Part shown: positions 54,356 through 64,000 of the stretch, piece after piece | Layout of the letters: the number at the start of each line of letters is the position of its first letter | Numbering within the stretch: the first letter of the stretch is position 1 | Made by a program: the position numbers and the translations under genes | Source of the DNA: Eledone cirrhosa | Lineage: Eukaryota | Assembly (NCBI GenBank): GCA_964016885.1 | Contig: OZ024745.1 | Span: 27,838,001-27,902,000, forward strand | Reading direction: 5' to 3' | Length of the DNA stretch: 64,000 nucleotides | The notes under the pieces: generated by a model | Told to the model about the DNA's origin: nothing | The model's database searches: none | The model's input: the letters and a program-made list of their open reading frames with translations, nothing else

Positions 54356-57300
54356 GTGAGAAACCTCATATTTGTCCTTTATGTGCATGGATAATTCTTA
54401 TTGCTTGTGTATGTTTACCTTTAAATATCCTTGTTGTTTTGTAAATATCAGCAAGATATATGTGAGCACTAATGATTTCACATGTGCTGTTTAATAGTGG
54501 GAAACTGTGGAGAAATTTTCATTTCTGGTTATAATCCATTCATTCTTCCTTTATTTTTAATCACATTGTGAATTTTTTACATTCTCGTACACATTTTAAT
54601 CGCGGTGTCTGGATAAAACAAAACAAGTTGCATGCCACTCACACGTCTAAATGGAGATATTAATATCTATGCAAGCTCCCTTACATTTAAATGCGACCAT
54701 CAACATGTTACAATTAATATACCGTATTATAGAATATTTTCTCTGTTTACATTAATAAATATCAATGAAGTAATCGTTAAGGCATGATTAGCTACCAGCA
54801 TATGGATATTTAAAGTGGTGTGTTTGAGGCGACAGTTAAAGCAGAATATTCTGTTGTTTACTGTCTATTAATCTTATTAGATAATGTATTGCTTATTTAA
54901 TTTGGTGTTGTTAGAAGTGGTAAAGCACGTATCAAAAATCATTTTCTTGGGTGTGCAGAAAGGCGTCTAGTGAGACACTTCAGTGCGGGCCTTGTTTAGA
55001 TGTTTACACATGAGCTTACGAATGTCTAAACAACGATATCATTAAATATTTTCTTCGTATACATGTATTTCTCATCGTGTGATGGCCGTGACTCATTGAT
55101 GTACTGAAACCATCTAACAAAGTATGTCTGGTACATCTTCAATCCCATACTGATGGAGAGCCTTATATTATCCCAGATTCTAACGATAAGGTTTTGCTAC
55201 ATTTCCTATTTCAGTTTAGCGGTAATAAAAGTTGATATCGATTATAAAGACGATAACTAATTTCCTCCCCTTTTTTCAAGAGTGTTTTCTTAATTGAAAA
55301 TTCGAGGGATGTTATTGATATTTTTGCTCTGTAACCCTGTTTTATTCTTTATTTCATACTGAAAACATGCGTAATTTGTTGGGATCCCTGGAGAATTTCT
55401 ACTGCTTAGAAAACTCCATCACGAAAAACAATGATTATATATTAGAATGAATTATTCCCACTTGAATTATTCTCACAAGTGATTACAAACATATTTAGTT
55501 AGATTCGTGGCAAATATCCCTAAGAAATACACTAGGTCCAACAGAGGTTATACGGCTCGTACATGTTTCACATCACTATCGAAGCTAATATCGTTGTGAA
55601 ACCCAGGCGCATCATATACATATATACTGTTTTAACTAAGAGAGATGTCCTCATACAAGGAGAATCATTGCTAACGCAAAATCTTAGTTTACTTAGGAAT
55701 ACACAACGCAAAGAAAGAGTTATGCTCTTGATTAATTGCATCTGTTATTTATTTTCGATTTATGGTTGTAGGGAATTCCCTTAATATATAGAACCTGATA
55801 AAGAAACTATTTTACTTGGACTTGTGCGTTAATTAACAATATATTTTCATGGTATTATTAATTATGATAATCCTTCTTAAACTACAGCTGCAACGTTGTT
55901 TTAACAATTACAATTTCAATCCGATAGGTAATCTGTCTTTCTAAAATATCACTGATTATGTTACAGATAACGGCACCAACAATACAAACAACACTAAAAC
56001 ACATTTATGTATAATAAAAATGACAATACATAACACACATTCATTAAAAATATCTACAAGTATACTCTACGGACAATATCAAAATATTTGACGTCTTACC
56101 CTCAAGATGATTGATCTTAATAAAATACGTCAGTAGAAACGAAGCCAATATAATGATTAAAATAATTGCTATTCAATCTTAATAATAGACGAACAAGCAC
56201 AAAGAAAGTCTGTATTTTTTCTTTATAAAAAAATTCAAGCATCTCTTCATCTAATGTTACTCTAATACAATACCTGGAGGTCTATTGCTATAATTACAAT
56301 AAACATTGCAACCTACCGAAGTATATCACATACCTAAAAAAATAACATCGATGATTTCTACGTAAAACTGATCATTTAGATGCTAAGCACCTAAATGTAC
56401 ACCTATACTTAAATATAATCCCAAAATAAAAAAACTATGTAGATTATATCGATAATTCCGAAGTTCAAAATTAAGTTTCTTGTTCCTGACAGAAAACAAA
56501 ATCGACTGGAACTCGGTGTAATCGAAGGGATAGACGTATAATAATCGCAAATTCTGGATATATACTGATATTTGAACAAGTATTATGTTTTAGTGAATTG
56601 GTCACAGGGTTATTTACTTTGGTAAATGCCACTACAGGCCAACCACTAATTAAATTCGATACAGATATAATAAGGTTAACAAACTCGCTCGTGAGTGAAC
56701 TGTCTGAGAGCCGGTCGCCAAATAAGCTAAGATGTCTCTTTTCTCCCTCCTTTATAATCCCTAGACCGGAAGTTCAAGGAATCTTCTAGAATTCAACGGG
56801 AAGTAACTCCAATTAGTTTTTTCTCCCCGGGCAAGGTGGCGCCAGTCGCTACAATGTCAAGTGTCTCTTTTCCTACAATACTAAAACTACGAAAAATAGT
56901 AAAACAAATTCATTCGTGATAAGATGTAACAAGACGAAAGATGTATGAGGAAATATGATAAAGGGTAAGGTAAAGACCCCTTCTGTCACTAATGACCCTG
57001 TGTTTTTGCTCCCAGGAAATTCCCTTCCGTGGCACAACTCCGGCAAATGTGTTTTTCTGAAGACCAACAGTCGCCCATGCATGCTCATCAACACCGATGT
57101 TGTCTAATACAAACAATTTATAATAAACGAAACTATCTAAAAACAACTATTGGACATTTCATGTTATGTCCACCTCGTGATCCTTTTCATTAATTATATT
57201 GTTTTATTTGGTTATGTATGTATTATTTGTATAATTTGGTCATGTATGTATGGACCCATAAATTCTTGTGTAATCGTAGGGGCTCCATATTGACATATTA

Positions 57301-57803
57301 CATTTCTGGGACATTTTAAAAACCTACCTTAAAATAGAACTTAAACAATGGAGCTTAATACAATGATTATATGGATGATACCATTAAATTTATATACAAA
57401 ACGAGCAACTGTAAACCAGTTATTGCCATGTTTGGATTCTATTTGGGCAGACACACATATCTAACGGCACTAATGTTCTCAACTGCTTACAATAAAAGCA
57501 AGAATCTATTAGCAACTAAACATTTCAAGCTACGGTGATATCAAACATTATCAACTCCAATATGTAACGAAACCCAAACCACGAAAAGTGATTGTTAAGT
57601 GGCATGAGTCCAATCAGCAGAGTTGTTCCATTTTTTTTTTTTTAATAATCGTTAATTTCACGACAAAAGCGTTTGTTTCAATGTTTAATATATCTTTTTA
57701 TAATGAAACTACCATCCAAACCAAGATGCATTATTCATGTAGTATTTCTGGAATAAGATGTTGCTTTGGTTTGCTTGAAGCATAATGTAAAGAGTAAGAA
57801 GTA

Positions 57804-58144
57804 GTGGGAATTGGATGGTAAATGTTAAAAATATGATGATAACAATGATATTGGAATGTTACCTTGTAGTTCTTTATTGATCTTTATATTTCGGATGATA
57901 AAATCTCTTCATTTTTTATCATCGCTCTTAAGCTGCCATTTCTTGAAATTTTAAAAAAGTGGCAGCTTAAGACCGATAAGAATTATATAGCTACGAATTA
58001 ATTTTTTTCTGGTAATCTTTTGTTGGAAGAATTTTATCCCGAAATAGAAATATTGTATCTCAACATAGAAATGAAGAACTAAACGGTAAAAACCAAACAT
58101 CATTGTTATCATCATGTATTCAACATTTACCGTCCAATTCAGAT
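57804..58144. mobile_element. Palindromic MITE-like element with nested hairpin
   Basis: Outer arms 57808-57856 / 58092-58140; inner arms tatttcgg..ataaaat.tcttc / gaagaattttatcccgaaata; hairpin cttaagctgcca/tggcagcttaag (57927-57971). Relative at 31831. Confidence 0.7.
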
Positions 58145-58399
58145 TCTGGCAGACTTTGTACAAAACAGTATTTTCTATTTCGAGAATAGTAAGTATTACT
58201 GATACAAAACTCCATATAATATAAATCAACCTCCGCTAATGGCTCCACATGTTACCGGATGCAAGTGCTAGGAAATTATATTAATTCTTGTATTTTATGA
58301 ATTCATACTTAGTCTATCGAAGTTACGAAAAAATTCTAAATGGCACTGTTTATATCTTGACAATGCTTTTCAAAGAAGCAAAACAATTTTTCGGAAATA

Positions 58400-59680
<1,281 letters not shown>

Positions 59681-59697
59681 TTTATTTATATATACAG

Positions 59698-59741
<44 letters not shown>

Positions 59742-59752
59742 ACACAGACACA

Positions 59753-59810
<58 letters not shown>

Positions 59811-59874
59811 TACACACACAATATATATATACAATATATTAATAAATGGAAACTATATTTATAAAACCATAATT

Positions 59875-59938
59875 ATTTTATTATATATATTTCAAGGGCA
59901 ACCAAGGTAGATTATGGTGCGCTTTCATCAGATAAAAT
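59875..59938 (-). ncRNA. Minimal type I hammerhead ribozyme (minus-strand arm copy)
   Basis: Reverse complement of 60069-60132. Confidence 0.75.
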
Positions 59939-60068
59939 ACAGATTTGTTTTATAAATAAATATTGACATACCCGGAAAAAAAATAACCTCAACGGTTGAA
60001 AATTCGCTGGATAGTTGAGGTTGTCTTTTTTCCGGGTATGTCAATATTTATTTATAAAACAAATCTGT

Positions 60069-60132
60069 ATTTTATCTGATGAAAGCGCACCATAATCTAC
60101 CTTGGTTGCCCTTGAAATATATATAATAAAAT
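60069..60132 (+). ncRNA. Minimal type I hammerhead ribozyme (PLE-type)
   Basis: attttat-CTGATGA(60076-82)-aagcgca-cca..tgg-ttgccctt-GAAA(60114-17)-t-atat-a-TA-ataaaat: 7-bp stem I and palindromic stem III. Confidence 0.8.
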
Positions 60133-60263
60133 AATTATGGTTTTATAAATATAGTTTCCATTTATTAATATATTGTATATTTACTCCACTAACTTGTTGA
60201 GTGCTTTATATCAGTTATAAAAAGTTTAAGCTTGTTGAATCCCAACAAATTAAATATAACCTC

Positions 60264-60334
<71 letters not shown>

Positions 60335-60570
60335 CAGGTATACGTACATACAAGTATGTATACGTACATACATATATGTGTACAGATGCACAGTATTATG
60401 TATATATATATATATACATACATGCACACATATATATATATGTACGTATGGGTTTACCGAACATTTATTATAATGTTCGGTTTATATGATGGTTAGCAAA
60501 TCACTGATGAGGGACTAATTTTATAATATGTAATCTATGTGCAACCATGCAGTATTCTTCTCCCCTTGTT

Positions 60571-60626
<56 letters not shown>

Positions 60627-60630
<4 letters not shown>

Positions 60631-61040
60631 AAAAAAGATGAAATCGAAAATACAACTGGAGTCTTCTTTTTTTTAAATAAATATATTTATTTGGTTCCTT
60701 TACCGGTTTCGCAGTTCTGCTTTTCAGAAGTAGAGTTGAGATGGAGGGTCTGTGGTTTTTCTCACATCTGGTTGGTCTTCTGTTTCATATGGAAAAAAGT
60801 GGCTCGAAATGAGAAGTAATTTGATTGGTTGGTGAATAAGTATAATAGATTTCGCGCCAGTTCACGTTACAAAGTTCTTCAAACAAAGGGGGGGGGGGGG
60901 TTGCTCAGGTTGTTTTTTCATATATGAGTGAAGTTTGGTTGGTTGATGCAGTCACGTGAATAAGCACATCAGCTTTCATTTATAACCAATCCAATTACAT
61001 TTATATAAAAAAAAGCCTTCGTGAGCCACCTTTTTTTAAA
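60627..61040 (-). mobile_element. Inverted copy of the 51870-52280 repeat, with hammerhead variant CTGAAAA (60698-60730)
   Basis: Minus strand: ctt-CTGAAAA-gcag-aa-ctgc-GAAA-ccgg-TA-aag. Long matching flanks. Confidence 0.75.
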
Positions 61041-62029
61041 TTGGCGCAAAAGCTGATCAGTTTTTACAAAAACACAGATCAGTTTTTACAAAAACACGGA
61101 TGTGGAGAAATTTTTGTTTCTGCCAAACCCTTTCCGCTAGGTTTTTACTTTTTTCTCCAGATAAGAAGCCCATTTCAGTTATCCCTTAATAGTTTTTATT
61201 CGTTTAATTATGCAAATTGCTATAGTCCAAAAATCCTCGGAACTTTTCTATATGTAAAAACTTATGTTGACTAATTAAACCAAGTTCGAGTTTAATTATA
61301 TATTACTGATAAGGCACATCTTAATTGAAACGTCTCCACATCTGTCAGCTTTCTTCTAACAAGATATAAGATTTATACCTTAAGCTTGTGAATTAATTTT
61401 CTGATTAATTTTATTTTCTTGAAATGATCTCTTCCTTTTGTCTTAACAATTTCAAAGGAGGAGAATTTTGAGAAAATAATAATATATAAGTAAGATGACT
61501 GATAAAATGACAAGTCAGTTAATCATATTGGTGGCCTCCCCACAGCCTCGGCGGACAGAATGGAGAAGGCGTTTTTTCAGAGGACGACAACGGAGACGCG
61601 TTGGAAAAGCCATTCCAGCTCGCAAGGTTCACACCTGCGGCTGGCCATTTTGTCTTAATATAATCTTATTAATGTTTTCTTAATAATTAAGTCCTGATAG
61701 AAGAGGTTGAATTCCTCAACCTCTAGATGTGTTGTTTTAGTTAGGTTGCGCTGTCTATATATTCTTCATGTTACAGCGTTCGGTTGTTGCTTTAAACAGT
61801 ATTAAAGAACGAAATTGAAAACATAATGAATTCAAGTATTGTTTTAAACAGCGTTAAATGAAAGACATAATCAGACATTTCAACTGAAACGACAGAGCGG
61901 CAGAAACAATGCCTTAAAATTCGTTACATTCTGAGCTCAATTTTTTCCATCTTCCATCTTTTCAGGGTGTGTAAAATAAGTACCAGTCAAGTACTCCTTC
62001 CCTATTTTACTCTAGTAAAATGGGATCTG

Positions 62030-62305
62030 AAGGCGGGTGTCTTAGTGGTTGGAGTGTCGGACATACGATTACAATGTCGTGGGTTTGACTGCTGGACCGG
62101 GTTGTGTTTTGTGTTTTTGAACAGAACACATCATTTCATGTTGCTCCAGTATACTCTGCTGAAAATGTGTACTAACCGTAGCTGGAGTTTTAATCCTGCG
62201 ATGGACTGGTGTCCGGTCGAGGGGAGAGTCTTGCACTCTCAGTCGCTTAAAGCCAAGGAAACTAGGATAATCACCTGCTTAATGAGCCTCCTGCCTTGAG
62301 GCAGA
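62030..62305 (+). mobile_element. Second SINE family (tRNA head + CORE/Meta-like domain)
   Basis: cttagtggtt head; tgtgtttttgaacagaacacatcatttcatgttgctccag; cctgcgatggactggtgtcc.gtc.agggg. Confidence 0.7.
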
Positions 62306-62382
62306 CTTTAACGTTATACATTTAAAGTACGTTGAATTGTATGACTCCGAGGTCGATGAAATATGTATCAGTCAAGTACTAG

Positions 62383-62545
62383 GGCTGGCGAATTGGCAGA
62401 ATCGGCAGAATCTTGGATAGAATGCTTTGTAGTATTCATTTCGGCTCTCTGCTCTCTGAGTTCAAATCCCGCCGAGGTCAACTTTGCCTTTCATCCATTC
62501 ATGGTCGATATAAAAAAAAGTACCAGTCAAGTATTCAGACCTGGA
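62383..62545 (+). mobile_element. tRNA-derived SINE
   Basis: tggcagaatcgg A box and gttcaaatcccgccgaggtcaactttgcctttcatcc. Confidence 0.85.
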
Positions 62546-63397
62546 GTGGAGATGGGCTCTGGCAGGTTTAAAAAATACCCTATAAACGCCGTATGTCAAT
62601 ATGGCGCCCCTACAACTCCTCAGAAGTTACGGGTTCATACAGTCTATCATTACATATTTTTACGTTCCGAGTAGAAATCACGTTGAAGTCCTCATTACAT
62701 TTCATTATTGTGTGATCCTTAACTTAAAGTACCAATCAAATACTGGTGCCAATTTAATGAACTATGCCACTTTCCAAAATTTGTTGTCATATTCATTTGT
62801 TAAATATCGATATAACTATGATTTTACTCCCAATCCATTCTATTTTCTCAATCGGCAAATGATTATTAAATAACGTTTTACCATATTGACTGCCAACCAT
62901 CAAAACAATACTATTTCAGATTCACTGGTCACTCCACTTTCATTATGAAAACTATTTTGTTTTGTTTCTTTGATATTCTTGTTTTTTTCTGTGTATGTAG
63001 GGGATTAGTTTAAAGTCTGCCAACACATTGGCCTTTGTCCATTTGTATCCAATTGTTTTCCGTAGTAACCATTTTCTCATAAATCATTCCATTATCATCA
63101 CCTAATCAAAACGAGTTTAACAACAGGGGGTTGTCTTAGCACGTTTCTAGTCCTGTATCCGGTTCCTGTCCAGTGAGACTATTGAAAATAATTGGGGTGT
63201 CAATATTTAATAATATATTTGATAATGGATTTTTTTTTTTTAAATAAAGTCTAGAACAAAGACATAAAAAAAAGAAAAAAATGTGGCTGAAAGGAAAATA
63301 CAAAATCCTCCCTTCCGCTCATCAACTAATATATTTATCATCATTAAGGGTAACGTCATTATATTTGTTGATGTAGTCATTGGTGTTAGATTTAATA

Positions 63398-64000
63398 GGG
63401 CGGTAGGTTGATAATATCGGTACAGCGTCGGACAAAGGGCTTTGCGATATTTAGATACGACTCTCTACGGTTTCAATTCCAATCCCGACGAGGTCAACTT
63501 TACCTTTCATCCTTCTGGGTTCGATAAAATAATGTACCAGTAAAATACCGGGATCGATGTAATCGATTTTCCTTTACAAATCCCCCAAATTGCTGCGATT
63601 GCGCCTAAATTAGAAATCATTATTATTAGAATGGCAGATTAACAGAATTGAAGAGCGTCGGACACCATGCTTTGTTTCATCGAATTACGTCCCTTCAATT
63701 CTGAGCTCAAATTCTTCCGAGGTTAGCTTTGCCTTTCATCATTATGAGGTCGATAAAATAAAGTACCAGTAATACACTACCTTCGAGTTAATCTACATTA
63801 CCCTACCCCCAAATTGCTGACCTTCTGACTAAATCAGAAACCATTATTTTAGGTAGGAAGTGGATTGGTAAAATGATCAGTGTACCAAACAAAATACCTT
63901 GGCTTATTGGGTTACATTCAGTGTTCAAATCCTATTCAACTTTGTTTTTCATCCTTTTAGGGTCAATAACGTAAATTGTCACCCATGGAGCGATTTAATC
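63398..64000 (+). mobile_element. Three head-to-tail SINE copies (63398-63625, 63630-63848, 63852-64000)
   Basis: Repeated core (aactttgcctttcatcc..gataaa); the first two copies also show the tail aaattgctg..aaat(t/c)agaaa. Confidence 0.85.

Larger units (their letters stand above)
59827..60180. repeat. Near-perfect inverted repeat (~167-bp arms, 20-nt spacer)
   Basis: 59827-59993 is the reverse complement of 60014-60180, apart from a few bases next to the spacer. Confidence 0.95.

Noticed and set aside
54356-54444. ORF continuation EKPHICPLCAW...
   Set aside because: Intron read-through after the GT donor; similarity to RASD stops there.
55900-57150. Possible decayed LINE endonuclease region or second RASD exon
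   Set aside because: No ORF with G4/G5 or CAAX motifs, and retroelement motifs are too weak without a search.

Overview
Eukaryotic, AT-rich, microsatellite-saturated genomic DNA. The SINE sequence and repeat landscape point to an octopus (coleoid cephalopod), which is an inference. There is one convincing coding exon (54097-54355, +), from a RASD1/Dexras1-Rhes (RASD2) family small GTPase. A candidate upstream exon at 21404-21723 splices to it in frame across about 32 kb. The rest is repeat: a 15.4-kb 29-bp satellite (2378-17745), a 35-bp minisatellite (23090-24551), more than 15 tRNA-derived SINE copies, a Helentron/Lep1-like element, mariner-type and palindromic MITEs, and LINE debris. The most striking hidden signal is roughly 20 complete, half or decayed hammerhead-ribozyme motifs of the minimal Penelope-like (PLE) type. 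They fall into several families and mostly sit in (TA)n-bounded cassettes and fold-back inversions. They include a U3-A8 covariant family, a copy with a branched stem II, and a near-perfect inverted repeat carrying an intact-core hammerhead on each strand inside the GTPase intron. Nearly all ORF-track entries are microsatellite artefacts. All motifs were found by eye and no searches were run.
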